A stretch of 64,000 nucleotides of DNA from Octopus vulgaris (GCA_951406725.2 OX597821.1:52514001-52578000), one strand, 5' to 3'; shown: positions 29,405 to 44,402, counted from the stretch's first letter. The notes: generated by a model from the sequence alone, not told the origin. Program-made: numbers and translations.

Positions 29405-29615
29405 CTTTCTACTATAGGCACAATGCCTGAAGTTTTGCAAGAAGAGATTAGTCGATTACATCAAACCCCAGTGCTCAACTAATACTTATTTTATTGGCCC
29501 GAAAGGTTAGAATGCAATGTCGACCTCAGAAGAATTTAAATGATAACATAAAGATAGGCGACACACCGCTAAGCATTTTGCCTGACAGACTAACGATTCT
29601 GTCAGCTCACCGATT
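29405..29615 (-). mobile_element. SINE family B copy (more degenerate copies at ~5050-5180, 29190-29380, 43560-43720, 46275-46490, 48525-48690 and 49275-49447)
   Basis: ctttctactataggcacaatgcctgaa...gtcgattacatc...gtcgacctc...ctaacgattctgtcagctcacc. Confidence 0.75.
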
Positions 29616-29645
29616 TTGTTAATAGTAATAATAATAATAATAATG

Positions 29646-29693
<48 letters not shown>

Positions 29694-29719
29694 TTAATAA
29701 TAATAATAATAATAATAAT

Positions 29720-29857
29720 AAGGCACTGCACACATCCTACGCAGAACACTTTCCATACAATAACCATCAGAGCATCACAACAAATCACAGCACATACCCA
29801 AGGCACACAGAGCTGCGCTCGGTAGTGAAGTGAAAGCACGCTATAAAAATAAAACTA

Positions 29858-29918
<61 letters not shown>

Positions 29919-30180
29919 TGCTAATGGAGAAAAAACAATAAATCATATTGTCTCTGGCTGCCCAGTCCTAGCTAAGATGGTATACATTCACAGACACGAC
30001 AGGGTTGGAACCTAGACACAATGGAAGCTATACCAACACTATGGAATATCAAAAACAAGAAAAAAAGACTATATAGGCTCACCCCAGAAAAGGTCTCAGA
30101 AAGTGAGAAGCAACCATACATACTGATAGATAAATTAAGGCTAACATGTCGGATATAGTTGTCACAGATCACCAAGAAAA
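29720..30180 (+). mobile_element. Two short R4/Dong subfamily 1 fragments separated by (TAA)n
   Basis: 29720-29860 matches the 3' terminus of 25425-25543. 29918-30180 matches the INHIVSGCPVLAK...HRHD region. Confidence 0.8.
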
Positions 30181-30184
30181 AATA

Positions 30185-31285
30185 ATAATAAAAATTGTTC
30201 AGCCTGAATCCAGTTATAAAAACATGAGAATACTTGAAGGAGGTGGAATTAAGTACAACAATATGAAAGAATAGAAATATTACTGCAACGAGTGAGATAA
30301 ATAATGGCTTCAAAGTTCAATACCAGTAGCATAATTTCGGCAATAGGCTCGCTCGCAGTTGTAGTAATCCCGTATGGTACTGAAGTCCTGAAGTGTACAG
30401 GGAAAGAAATTGGCCTGGAAGACAAGAAAGCTCCTGACGATGCATGGGTGCGGACAGTGATTGCCAATACATGAAGAAAGCAAATGGCGGAAGGGAACTG
30501 ATAAGATCGAACTCGAGAGCTTAATGAGAATAGCGAAAGAAAAAAGACAGGGCACTATACCAGCAGCACAAGACCAAGCTTTGGCCACGAATTGGCGCTT
30601 AACCTTAAGAATGAACATGTGTCTCCGCTGTGCCGCTTCTGTTCGCAGTGAATAAAACCATTGCCCATATCACGAACGAATGACCTATAATTGACCCAAA
30701 CCACAGCAAGTTGTGCCACAATGAGGTAGCGGAAGTGCTACATTGGAAACTGTTCGAAAAGTGAGGACTAGAGAAAGGCAAGACGTGGTATGAGCACATA
30801 CCAGAAAGCGTGGTGGAGTCGGAGACTAGCAAAACCCCCAGGAATTTCCCAATCCAAACAGATCAGGCGCTAGAGCATATCAGACCGGATTTAGTGGTGG
30901 TCAAAAATGTACACCACATATGCTTTATACCCGATGTTGCAAGCCCGTTTAACCCATTCAAGAAGGAAGGCAAAAAATAGATATATGCACTCGTCTTAAT
31001 TACAAAATAGACCGTCTATGGGAAATGAAGAAGATGAAAATTGCACCAATTAATGTTGGGTCTTTGGGGACAGTATCCGAAGGCATCAAGAGGAATATAA
31101 AGGATATTGGAATAGAGCGCCCTGTACAATTGTTACAAAAGATTTGCCTCCTTAGCATGGCCAGAATAATCAGTGAAGTATTAGAACAGAGAGCATGGTA
31201 CCGTAGGCTGCAAGCAGCAAGCCAGCAACGTGTGCAAGACTCCAGGAGATACAAAAAATCTTGAGATAAAAAGAAAATATTTAAT
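30185..31285 (+). mobile_element. R4/Dong-clade LINE 3' part, subfamily 3, degenerate
   Basis: AAQDQALATN, LHWKL, KTWYEHIPESVVESE, FPIQTD..LEH.RPDLVVV, MKIAPINVGSLGTV, QLLQKICLL. Confidence 0.85.
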
Positions 31286-31515
31286 AATGATGATGACAAT
31301 GACGATACAGATCGTGTTGATGGTGATGATATATTTGTCTATATATTTATTTATGTGTATGTGAAATTTAAAATCAAAAGCACAAAAGTTGTAGAAAAGC
31401 AGACGACTGGAAAATACTATGTACGCTGATTATGCTATTAGTTCAACTCTGATGCGAAAGAGTTTTAGATGTTCTGGAGGTTAATCTTTCTGCAGAAGAT
31501 TTTGCAAAAGAAAAA

Positions 31516-31547
<32 letters not shown>

Positions 31548-34500
31548 GGCGTAGGGATGGAGAGAGACTGACAGGCAGAGCCAAAACAGACACAGACAAG
31601 AAACAGATCGGGAGAGCAGAGGAAATTTCGAAATATAAAGACCAGGTGTTACCATCTTTTGATGGCGAAACTGATGTGTGTTTAGATATAGGTGAATACG
31701 CTGACAAGTCCACGAATAGATATTGTCATAGCGTGTGAGTGTGACCGGGTAATTGTATGAGCTTGCATGTGTGTAATTATGCAAATGAATTGATGCTATG
31801 CATAGTGAGTTTGAGGTCATGTCTGTACGTATGTGAGTATTCGGAAAGTAATGCAAAATTATGTATGTTTCTCGTTATTTATGTAGTGATTTACAAGAAC
31901 CAATATGTGTTTATGGTTAGTTGAACATGATTGATCATTTAACTAATATAGTTGGTATTTACGTTCATGACCGGTCTATGTAAACATAAATAATTGTATT
32001 AAACATTAATTCTAATTGAAAGTATTTTTTTCACCAATACAATTTGCCAGTCGTGAAAATTATTTCCTTTGAAATAATTTGGTTATTATTTTTGTGAAAT
32101 CACTCCATAGCTTCCTCAAAGCATTTTTAAAATTCAAATTGTCTTTTTGTTGTTGTGCAGTCTGTGAACAGAAAAAGATGATTATTTTTTTCTGCGAGGA
32201 AAATTCACTACTTCTTCCTAATACTTGGAATGTACGAACGACGAAACTTAGGTCTAAATTCAAATCTTTCAACTATTATACAATTTTATACGTGAATCTC
32301 AGCAAATTCTTACGAACAGTACAGGTTATTCCACGTCGTTTTCATATTCACTGGAAGAAAATTTACAACTAAAATTTTAAATGTTTTCAAATAAAATTGA
32401 GTAGTTTTGATGTAATATGTAATGTTATGGAGATCCCTACAAATCCCTAATGCTGTTACTTATTGAAAGTCCTTTTAATTCAACATTTCCGTTTGTCAAT
32501 TAATAATGTGTGTAGATATACAAATGGGAAAACCCCCGAGATAATCTAGCACAAACAATAAAATATTCAGCAGCCAAACTGCACAGTTATACCCAAGAGA
32601 ACGACTAAGCTTGCTAACAGAACAGAACTGTCAGAAATACAACTGAATTTAGTAAAGAAGTCTGAAAGCTATATAGATTCGACGCTTTTTAAATACTATT
32701 AATATTCCTTTTTTTTTTTCATACTGGGGTTTTCGAGAGGGTTAGCTAAAAGTAAATAAGAAATTTCAAACCAGAATACTTCATGAAATATTTAAACGAT
32801 AAGGAGTCTGTTGAATATGCCCAAGTATCATGAGGATGCGTAAAAAGTTATTTCGACAAACACCCAGGGATAACTACATTCCATCTGGTAGCTTCAGTAG
32901 TTTCCGTTCTAACAATTTAATTCATGATGCTCGAGACAATTTGGATTTATTGAAGATAACGCAAAGTGTCTGGGCAGTGAATAGATTCAGGTAGCACGTC
33001 ATTACAAGGCGATATCGCTAGCTAAACGTTTATTTTTATTTACTGTCCTCATATAAGGCTAATAAGGCGACACTTCACTAAATCAATACATATTAGCAAC
33101 GATACTTTTAAAGAAAAAGCGAAAAAAAAAAAAAAAACGTCTGTTGTAACTAAATCTCAATAATTCTATATAATAATAGAAATTGATCAAACGAACACCA
33201 ATAAAACTTAAAGTCATGGATGAATTTTGAAACGAGAAAGGCTGGTAAATCACACAGAATACTTTAAAACAAGAATTTATCTCTTTTAAAGAACAACAGC
33301 AAATACAGTTCTATTCCAGAAAATTATTAATGAATATATAATGTAAAATATGTCAGAATTGATAAATATTTATGCAGACGTTTGGAAAACATTAATCCAA
33401 CAGGCTAATGAAAAACTTTAAGGAAAATGACAATGACATTACAATTTGGTATTTGTATTCTGAAGAAAGATTGAATTTTGGAAAGTGGTCAGATAAAAAC
33501 AAATCCTCAGTTCATTACTTTCAACACAATTTTCCATATATTTTCTCCTTCCAGAAGTGAAAATATATTACTTGTGATAAATTATAATTTTTAAACATTG
33601 CTTCTTTATACTAGATTACAATCGCTGTTGACATTTTGACGAGAGCTAAAGTCTGTAATCAGCAGATATTTCTCTATTTCGAAATGGAGTACTTTTCAGC
33701 TTACGATAAAGTCTTGTTAAATGGCGACAGAGTTATATGTGGCCAAATAACATCATACCTGTATAGTCATGAATAGGTGCAACTATAACAGAACCAACAG
33801 AGAGGCTGGTTGTCGCGCTCTGTATTCAAGTTATAGTCACCTTAGCGTTTCGTTGGTCTTTAAGTTAGATAGAATGAAATAGTAACTCAGCTGGCCTTTG
33901 GAGACTTTATTTAAGTTCATCTCATTATAAGAATTAGACCTATGCCTGTGGCTTGGGGAGAGTCATGATTTAAAATCCCTTAGGTCAGCAATGTACTCAT
34001 TTATACATAACATAGTTCTAAACTATGACTTATATATTACGTATATGTAGTTGAGTAACAAATTGATGTGCAATTAGATTAATACTGATTCCTTGAGGTT
34101 TCCTTCAACAGGAACCTATAATATGATACAAGTAAATAGACAATAAATGGCTCAGTGATTGACAGACAAAATTGATCCCAACAGCCATTGATGAGCGTCT
34201 AAGATGTATGAATATCCAGTGGTATTAAAAACCAACACCTCTGAGTGACACATAAGGTCCCAGAGAGTGAACACTAGATATCTCTTACGAAGAGCATGGA
34301 TACAGATTGAATAGAAGTTATACCAGTATTTTATTGTAAATCGCATTGGTCGAGAGCCCAAAACCGAGAAAAGAGAAGAGAGAAAGGATCAGTAAAATCA
34401 TGTTGGTGCTCTGATGGCAGAAATGCTTAGGGAATGACTTGACTTGTCATGATTTACTAGCATATTCAAAGTTGAGAAGTACAGCATGTGAAATTATATA

Positions 34501-35618
34501 CTAATAGGAATCCAGTATAGATTGCAGATTCATATGAGGAATTAAAGTTAAGCATTGTATTACGATTATCTGATATTTTGAAATTCGTCTGAATAAAAAG
34601 ACAAACTCCAAAGCGAATTTTATGTAAACTCTGCATGACAGAGTTTGCATAAAACATCGAAACAATCCCCTCGTAAGTCCTATAGTGAATTTAAAATGTT
34701 TTGTGAAATATGATAAATATTTAGGATAAGGATAGGAGTAAAAAGCCAAATATTTGAAAACAGATAAATGAAAATATCAGAAAATTTTTAGATAGATGTC
34801 TCGTAAATGCCTCATACACACAGAATAATTTTAGGTTATTTGAAGGGCTTTGTTTTATTCTTATTTAATCTCTGTTCAATTGGCATAAAGTAGTGAAAGT
34901 CACTAAATTATTTAACGCATCTGTTGTGATAGTAAGATTTAACTTATTTCAAGCATGTATAGTGTCCACGTATGGGGCTTTCGTGTGGGCATCCCATATT
35001 GTCTAATAAATGAAAACTTAAAATATTTAAAATACTGTCATTGGCCTCTTGGTAGTTCTTGTTCTTTACACCCAGTTCAACAGACCTGTTTCCTTTCCAG
35101 TCACAATGTATCTAAAATTATAAGTCTTCAGATTATGGTAGTTTGTAAGATTCAGTTGCTATTTCTAACAGTTCACAAGGATAGATCCAATTATTAATCA
35201 CTTCAATTAACATATAATTAGCCATAATCATCAACGACGCTAAACTAAATAAGTATTGTAATTTGAGCAACAATATAATTATTGCGTATAGGTAACAGGA
35301 TGTAAATTACTGTGAATAATAATTACAGGTGGTAGTGGATTGTGAGAATAGTTAGAAGCGTGTAAACATCAGTTATCAAACATTGACTTGCTTATTTCTC
35401 TTTAATACATCCCCATGTCGAAGCACTAGTATCCCGAAATCCTGTGAAACGCCATGTAAAACCACTAGTGTCCAGAAGCCAGTAAGTCGAGTGTCTTATG
35501 AACACAGTGGAGTTGTTCTCCTATGATGCGTATAAAAACAAGTAGCATATTTTGCGTTCGAATCTGCGGGGCCCTGTTAAAAATAAATAAGCAAATCATC
35601 GAGAGTAAGTGAGTGACT

Positions 35619-35768
<150 letters not shown>

Positions 35769-36829
35769 TCTGTAGCACTTTTTACGTTTGTATATGAAAA
35801 AAATTGTAGATTCTTTTTGAAAAATATTAAATTATGTAGTTTATTTTTCAACTTCATAATTGATGTTATTAGCTGTGACAAGCTAACTGAAACATCAAAT
35901 ACGCATACACTACTCTGAGCGGGTGTGAGAGTAGAAGAGAGAGACGGAGATCGATAGACCGATAGATATATAAATAGATAAATAGATAGATAGATAGATA
36001 GATAGATTGATTGATAGATAAATAGATAGATAGATAGATAGATATGTGGAGGGAGAGAGAGAAACAGATTGACAATATAAAAATTATATTGTAATCAGAT
36101 TGTGTAAGGCAAACATCGATCAGATTCTAATTAAAGCAGTTTACGTGACATTGTCAACTTTATTCACAAACATTAGTTTTGAAGATTTATCGCATTTATC
36201 AAATAATTATTGGTCTCATTTGAGCAGACAGTAGTTCCAATTGATCTGCTAGTCATTCATCATGGTGTTAAACAACATAAGTGTGTTACAACGTTTCTCT
36301 TTAATGTTATCACCAAATATTTAAACTGACTTTATGGCTCAGACATAAAGAAATTCATTTGAACAAAATTTCTTATTATATGTACAATTTAGAAATTATC
36401 TTTTCTATGGGGACGTATAACTGATTTTAGTCGATCTAATGTACACAGTGGAGGACAAAACATATAATACGGAATAATAAAGTTAGCTCACTTATTGAAC
36501 TGTATCTATAAATCTGGCCAATTTTCTATGGCATATTTTGCAATAACAAAGCACCATCAGAACTATATTCCTTTGTATAAAAGAACGGTACTATAGCTAT
36601 AGGAACAGTGTCTCTGTTGTTATGATTTGTCTCGCGCTAAATTACAGAGAACGTCATTTCCTCTTGTGAGTGAGATTTGATTGCTACTTCTTGCAAGCTG
36701 TGCGATTGCACACCTGCTCTCTCAATTGGCTTAGAATATTGGAGAGAACGAAATATCCCAGAATGATATAAATCTAATAATGACTCATGTATTTAGTTTT
36801 TTTTTTTTATCGAAAGTGTTCCTATTCTG

Positions 36830-37340
36830 CCATTTAAATGACTGTTCTGTCAGTTAAATATCTGTTCTTTTAAATTACTATTTAACTAAATCAATGTTCT
36901 AGTAAATACGTGGTTTTCTAAATTATTTTCTTAACTAAATTTTCTTTTAAACAACATTTGTATTAAATAACTGCTGCGTTATATAATTCTCCAGTTAAAT
37001 AAATTTGAGGTAAGAAACATCTGTAAAATAACTGTTCTGATAATTGCCAGTTAAATAACTTTATATTAAATAAATTGATGAATAACAAGGGTTCTGTTAC
37101 ATGATTGCTCTGTTAATTCGAACATAAAATAGTAGTTATAATAAATAAAATTGTTAAATAAGGTATTTGTTAATTCAGTTATTTCTTAATCAATTCTGAA
37201 CATTAAATAAATGTTCTAATGCATTATAAATCTGTTACATAAGGATTTCGTTAAATATACTTTTAAATAAATGGTCTTTTAAATTAATGCTATTCTGTTA
37301 CAAGGCCAATCGTATTAAATAATTTTCTGCTAAATATCAG
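36830..37340. repeat. Degenerate AT-rich minisatellite, unit approximately ttaaataactgttctg
   Basis: Recurrent ttaaataa / ttctgtta motifs at roughly 16-20 bp spacing. Confidence 0.6.
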
Positions 37341-37494
37341 TTCTCTGGAATGATATTGGGGTTAATAATGTCTTTCTTATAGCAGCTATAGAAGCATTTT
37401 TGAACCGTTTTCATTAACGTATCAAGAAATCATAACAGAAGCATAGTTTCTGCTGCTACAAACGTCATTCTACGCTGTCTCTGATTCGGAAAAT

Positions 37495-37940
37495 ATTGCT
37501 TTCAAATTTCAGCCCAAGGCCAGCAGTTTCGCGAGAGAGAGTAAGTCGATTACATCGACCTCAGTACTTAACTACTACTTATTTTATCGTCCCCGAAAGG
37601 ATGAAAGACTAAGTCAACTTTGGTTGAATATTAACTCAACGTAAAAACGGGCAAACTGTGGCTCAGTATTTTGCGCGGCGTGCTTACGATTCTACCAGCT
37701 CCCAGCTCACCGCTATTCTTATTCAGTAAATATTGCTTTCAAAATTTGGCACAAACCAGAAAATTCTGGGGGAGGGGTAAATCGATGATATCCATCCCAG
37801 TGCTCAGCTGGTACTTATGTTATCGACCCTGAAGGGATAGTAGGTAAAGTCGACCACGGCAGAATTTGAACTCAGAAGGTAAAGATGGACGAAATGCCGC
37901 TATTCATTTTGCCAAGCCTGCTAACGATTCTGCCAGCTCG
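37495..37940 (-). mobile_element. Two tandem SINE family B copies
   Basis: 37495-37715 and 37730-37940, each starting with the same aaatattgctttcaaa flank. Confidence 0.8.
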
Positions 37941-38945
37941 ATGCATTCGGCTGACTTCTCACACCAATATTGTTTTCCCTTTTCTTAAATATCAATTCAT
38001 TGTTTATTCTTGTGAATTTTATTTATTCATTCGCATTATTTCACCTTAAAACTGAATACGAATGAAACACAGAGAGAAAATTCTGAAGTTTTGTAAATAT
38101 TCTAAGTAAAATGACGATATAATGGCAGCAAAAGTAGGGATTTAGATATACCAGCAGTTACAATATATCGAAATATCAAAAAGAAGTGAGTAAATGCATA
38201 ATTACATAGTTATGAATGACATGGGTATGTTAATAATTATATAATTTATATAAGAGATATAGTACAGAGATCATTAAAATCTAGTGAATTATAATGAAAT
38301 GAAAGCTTTAAGCAATATCACTAATTTTTTGAAACATATGTCTCCATAAATAGCAGCATCAAAGATCTGATAAATAAATGTATTAGCCTAAAATCGACAC
38401 AATGCCGAAAGCGGTCATATTTCTCATTAATTTTATGTCCTAAACCATATTAATATCCGATATTAATTGCCAGTTCGTATTTCAAGTTCCATTAATCCTT
38501 TTAAGAAAGAATACCAAAATATCATATTCCTTAGTTTTCATATTTCTATTTTCTCTTAGTCATCTCTATGAGAAAATTTTCGTTATATTGTATAGCTGTT
38601 TGCCGCTAGCTGCATTGACAAGACATTTACGGCGAATCGCGGGAAAGTTGTGAAATGATTAATTTTGAAATGAAAAAGAAAACTTTAGAAAAACTATTCT
38701 TCATAAAATTTTCTCAGAATGCCATTTGGTATTATCGCTAAAATAAAATATAAAAAAAAGATAACATTATGTTGTACGAAACACTCATAAACACACTCTT
38801 GAATCACTTCCATCCACCTTATTGCGCGTGTACTCATGTATACCTCCCTACCTACCTATATAATACATACATACAGACACACAAGCGCACAAACACTTAT
38901 ATACAAATACATATATATAAATATGTTATATTTATGTTCGTAAGT

Positions 38946-39290
38946 GAAGGCGTATGGCTCAGTGGTTAGAGCGTCGAGCTTACGATCGTGAGGTTGTGAG
39001 CTCGAATCCCGGACCGGGCTGCGTGTTGTGTTCTTGAGCAAGACACTTTATTTCATGTTGCTCCAGTTCACTCAGCTGTAGAAATGAGTTGCGACGTCAC
39101 GAGTGCCAAACTGTATCGGCCTTTGTCTTTCCCTTGGATAACACTGGTGGCGTGGAGAGGGGAGGCCGGTATGCATGGGCGACTGCTGGTCTTCCATAAA
39201 CAGCCATGCCCAGACTTGTGACTAGGAGGGTAACTTTCTAGGTGCAATCCCATGGTCAGTGTCGTGACCGAAGAGGGTCCCGGATCCCGG
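38946..39290 (+). mobile_element. tRNA-derived SINE with a 12 bp TSD
   Basis: A-box tggctcagtgg, B-box-like gagctcgaatccc, central gtgttcttgagcaagacacttta...cagttcactcagctg domain; TSD atgttcgtaagt at 38934-38945 and 39291-39302. Confidence 0.88.
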
Positions 39291-41386
39291 ATGTTCGTAA
39301 GTCTATATCAACACACCCAAAAACACCGTGACATAATTTTCACCGGCAAATAGTAGAGACTTGCAAAAGTCATTCTGGCAATAGATCGAGAATCGCAGCT
39401 GACCTACTAGATGTGCGAAGAAAGCAGTCTAGAGAAACAAAAACCACTGATAAATATAAGGTGCTCACTTTGTAGGAGCACAGCAGATTCTGAGCTTGGT
39501 AGGAAAGATGACTGTAAGGTTACACATGTAAACTATTAGAAAGTAATCTTGATAAGGAGGCTGAGGGATCACCTTTTTTATATTTTCTGTTGCACAAGAG
39601 TTCAATATTTCAAGGAAATGGAATCCCATGCCTTAGCAAGAACTATAGTAGTATTCTGAGAAACAACGTTCATATCAATTATACCAAGAACCAATTGCGC
39701 AACAGATTTAGGGCTAGTGAAAAAATCCAGTTAATTGGAAGGTTTACAGTGTGATGCTTTTATTATCAAACTTAAATCACCCTGGCAATTCATAATTTAT
39801 GACTTCGTCATGGCTGATGTCAAGGTAATTGAAAGATTGTTCAGTGAATTTGCAAGAAAGTGTCTGACATTTAATTCAACCTGTACAGCAAAAATCTAAG
39901 ATCTTCTTGCTTAATACGTCCCTAATGGAAAACTTCAAGGCCACCGAGGTAAGGTGAGCCAGCACTTTTCTCACTGAGTCATCACTTTCGTAATGAGAAC
40001 GAGAGATTACAGATGTAAACAAAGCTATAATTGTTAGCAAAATGTCGAAACATCAGGAGATTATTGGCGTATTCTGTTAAGACTGGCTAGAAATTGGCAA
40101 GGAGTAGCAAAATACTAACAGCAGCAAGAGCAAACTCATAGCGCAGATGATCCAAGATTCAACAGAGGTAATCACCATATGAGAGGGACAATGGATTAAG
40201 TGTGATAAAGCAGAGTGACGAAGTGTGCCCTGGATATAACTCTCATGAACTATTCATAACAAGCTGTCCTTCTTCATTCGCACGGTCGCTGGACAATTGC
40301 CAATTAAAAATAAACTTCAAATCTAGGACAGAAAGGAACACCCATACCGCAGGATGTGTGGAGTAATTCTTTGTCCCATGGACCACATTTGACCAAAATT
40401 TCTAGAGCACTAGGAGAAGAGTGATGTAAATCAGATGCGCTTCATGGTCTTAACAAAAATTACGAAATGGATTGACCTAAAGGAAGACGGGTAAATCCGT
40501 CAAGAGACAATCATAAGCACCGAATGTTTTCAGATTCCTAAGGGTAGATTATAAATCCTAAAGCAAATACATTTATGAAGGGTCTCTCACTTATTTTACA
40601 CCAAATCTAGGAATGGGAGTTGCAAGTGAATCTGAAGTGTAAACACAACTTTTCAGAAGTAGTGCCGGTCACATCAATCCAACCAGATATCGTTGGAACG
40701 CAAAACGAGCATTTGAACTTACAGTGCTCTGGGAAAGCACGCTTAAAATTTCCCACCGACAGATGAAAGCCAATTATAAGAATTAGGTAGATGATGCCCT
40801 TGTAAAGGAATGTAACGTAGCCTCATTTCCGCTAAGGTTATCCAGAGATATCTCAACGCAATCTGCAGCAGATTACAGGTTTGAAATCCAAACAAATACA
40901 CGAATTCACTAAGTACATAGTCTTAACACCTGACATCAGTTCAAAATTGCTCTAGTCGGCGAAAGAAAGGAGCAACATTTGATTAGCAGGAGACTAATGT
41001 TCTCATTGCTACTCAACTCTTTAGCTACCAGTAGATGAAGTTAGCTAAGCCTTTAAATGGTTTCCTATACTTTAAACATTAAATATGTACGTCAGCTATA
41101 TAAATATACAAATAACAAGAGTTTAGTCTCATCAGTGAAAATATATGTACATTTAGCACCGTATTTAAGATACGCAAGGGTTTCTAACATTGCAGTAGCT
41201 TCAGCTACCAACAAAAGTTAGCTATGCCTTTAAATAGTTTCCTATACTTTAAACATTAAATATGTATGTAATTTATATAAATAAATATATATTTGCGTAT
41301 ATATAATGCTTATAACATAACTATGTATTTGTGTTTCTATTTCTCTCTATATTGTATGTATGTACACACACACACACACACACACA

Positions 41387-41452
<66 letters not shown>

Positions 41453-42599
41453 AATACATAGACACACACACGTGTGTGTGTGTGTGCATCGAGTAGCCAC
41501 CCACGTTTTTTCACGTTTTTAAGGAATTTCGTTCTGATTTCTACGTCTTCAACTACGCAGATTACGATCTCCCCAAAATGACAGCACTTCAAAATTTCAT
41601 TGCACTTGCCAAATTTAAGTTTTTGATATTTTGATTTGGGTTTTTTTCTTGGAATTCCCAATGTAATAAGACAGAATTTAAGGAACGAGAAAAAATAAAT
41701 CTTTTCCAAATTTTGATTTTTGTAGCGTTCTACATATTAATGCCAGGTGAAAAGATCTTCTGTTCATATCATTCATCTTTCTTTTTGCCATCATTTTTGA
41801 CAACATTTAAAATGTTTAAAACCGTCTTAATCTTATTAAACATGGAAATTTATCCTTCATATTCTAAATCCTCAAAAACCAACGAAAGCTGTCGCTGTCT
41901 TCCTATAAGAAACGTTACATTAACACATTTTAAGCTTCCATTACCGTGCTACCCGTTCCGTATTTCGCTTTGCCAGCATGGACACTTTTGAAAAGATTGC
42001 CAATCAATTTCAATCAGATGGAAAGTTTTCCCAGTCTTTGTATAATACATTACGTCTTTAACTAACACATCCTAACACCCATCACTAAGGTATTAGAGAT
42101 ATTTTCCGACCCCATCCTCTTTCCTAAATGAGAATAAAAACACAATTTGCATACATTTTATTTAATACTACATTAATCACCATAATTCAAATAATTGTAA
42201 GTGCTCAAAATTACTTCAATTTTAATAAGCATTGGGACCTGTCCGCTCACTTTCCTTTCCTCACTGCCTCCGTAAGACACACAGCTATAATGTAAATAGA
42301 ATAATAATTGAAGACTAAGAAATAAGCCAAGTGGTAAGGAGCCATTTTAGTCCGTGAGTGACCTTCTGCAGGTATATGGTTATTTCAAACAACGAGAAAA
42401 TAATGAAGTTTTAAATTATGAATTACTTTTAAAGTTCCTTCTAGTCGTGAGACTTAAACGTTGTTTTCGCGTCAGCTTTTAGAGACTATGTCAGTATCTT
42501 GGCGTGAATTGGGCGGTATTCATCATTGTTTTCTTTGAAGTAAAAAAGGAAAATTGAAATTTCGTAACAACATGCATGTAGAACCTTTCTATGCTAGAA

Positions 42600-43485
42600 T
42601 ATAGAGGAATGGGGGGGGGGGGGGTAAATTGTTAAGTTATCACCATTTTATATTTTTAATTTCGTGCATGCGCATTGTTTGTTTTTAGTTTTATCGACTA
42701 CAAAGTATAGTAGGGGCAGTTGGGCACCGCCTGTGAGAAAAATAGCACCATGACGCCATTCACACTGCCAGAAATTTGGAAACGACATACTGTACTACTT
42801 GGCATTCATGCCGGAAGCTCAAATACGAACATTTCAGAGTGTTTGTGTGTCAATTTGAGGACATGTACCGAGAATGATAAAATAAAACATTCAGTTAACA
42901 TCATGGTGTTTGGAATGATCACTAGTGATGGTGATGTTATGCCTCCATTCATCTTTCCACACGGTCTCAGTCTCAATACAGGCCTACATCAAGTGCCTGG
43001 AGGGGGTAGTGCTGCCCTGGGTCAAGTAGATGGCTGCAGGAAGGCGCAATTTCCTCCTGCAGGACTCTGCACCATGCCGTACAAGTAGAACACAGTCAAG
43101 GTTGTCAGACAATTTCTGCGACCACATCACCCCTAACATCTGGCCACCTAACTCCCCAGACTGCAACCTCCTTGATTATTATGTGTGGGGCGCAGTTGAG
43201 CGAGAGACCAACAAAATACATTGTAACACCAAACATCAAATGAAGTCAAGGATTATGGCAGCATTCACTAACTTAAACAAAGAGACCGCCCAGAAGAGTT
43301 GCAGGAGATTCCGAAGTCGTCTGAAGATCATAGTTCAAGCCAATGGCGATTTTATTGAATAAATCTACGCTTTAGTATTTCAAAATATTTTTATGCAATT
43401 TTGATAAATAAATCTGTTAAAATGGGGTGTCAGTATCATTTTCCTTTCTGTGTAATTTAGACAACAATATATTCACCGCACCCTG
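42600..43485 (+). mobile_element. Internally deleted Tc1/mariner-superfamily element, DD37D (maT)-like
   Basis: Fragments MVFGMITSDGDVMPPFIFPHGL and QDSAPCRTS...WPPNSPDCNLLDYYVWGAVE; 36 residues separate the last two Asp here. The right end is ...caccctg|TA; the left end is degenerate. Confidence 0.8.
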
Positions 43486-44402
43486 TAGAAAGTTTAGACT
43501 GCTAATATATTTGTCCTCAGAGTAAGAGCAGTCCAACATTTTATATAATTCTTAGCAGTATTTCGACCGTCTTTACATTCTGAGTTCAACTTCCGTCAAG
43601 GTTGACTTTGCCTTTCACCCTTCGGGTTCGGGAAAAAAAGTAACAGTTGAAAACTAGGCTCGATGTAATCGACTAGTCTCCTTTCCCCAAATTGCTGGTG
43701 ACAAAATTTGAAAGCAATATTTCAGCAATATTTCAGCTTTGATTCACGTAGTTTTTTTGGTACACACACATCTACACATACACACATGCACACTCACACA
43801 CACACACTCACACACACACACACACACATACACACGCACACAAACGCGTGTATACTAGTAAGAGATTGAGGGCGTAGAAATGATAATATTATTAACATAT
43901 AAAATCGAAAAATGTACATGTGGAGAAATAGGAGATGAAGTAGAGATTTAAGTAAAATGATATGCCTCTTGGGAGGGTACCGGATTAAAAAAAAGGATAA
44001 ATAATTAAGATGAATGGCTTTTGCAAATCCACTTTAAATTTCTATTTTGGTTTGACCGTTTTAACAATGTTTTCGTGCTAGATTTAGAGATGATTCAAAA
44101 CATATGAGACTTTTCCAGAACTATGGCAGAGAAGAGAATTTTATGGATGCAAATAATTTTACCTTCAGCGGAGGGAATTTTTCAAATATTTTAATTAGTC
44201 GTGGGGGCGGGAATAAATATGTTATAGACTTTTCTTATTTCTGTGAGGGAGAGTGTCGATATTCAGATAGCTGGAAAAAAGTTGAAATTTTGGGCAAATG
44301 ATTTTCTAATAATAATTCATGTGGAGCGCGTAGAACAGCAAAAATATAACCAATAACGTATCTATTTTAGCTTAAATGTTCTGGAAGATTATATGTATTA
44401 TG

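Noticed and set aside
38946-39020. tRNA-like sequence (also 63252-63325 and 6605-6681)
   Set aside because: These are SINE heads that continue into SINE bodies with TSDs; they do not form a proper acceptor stem.
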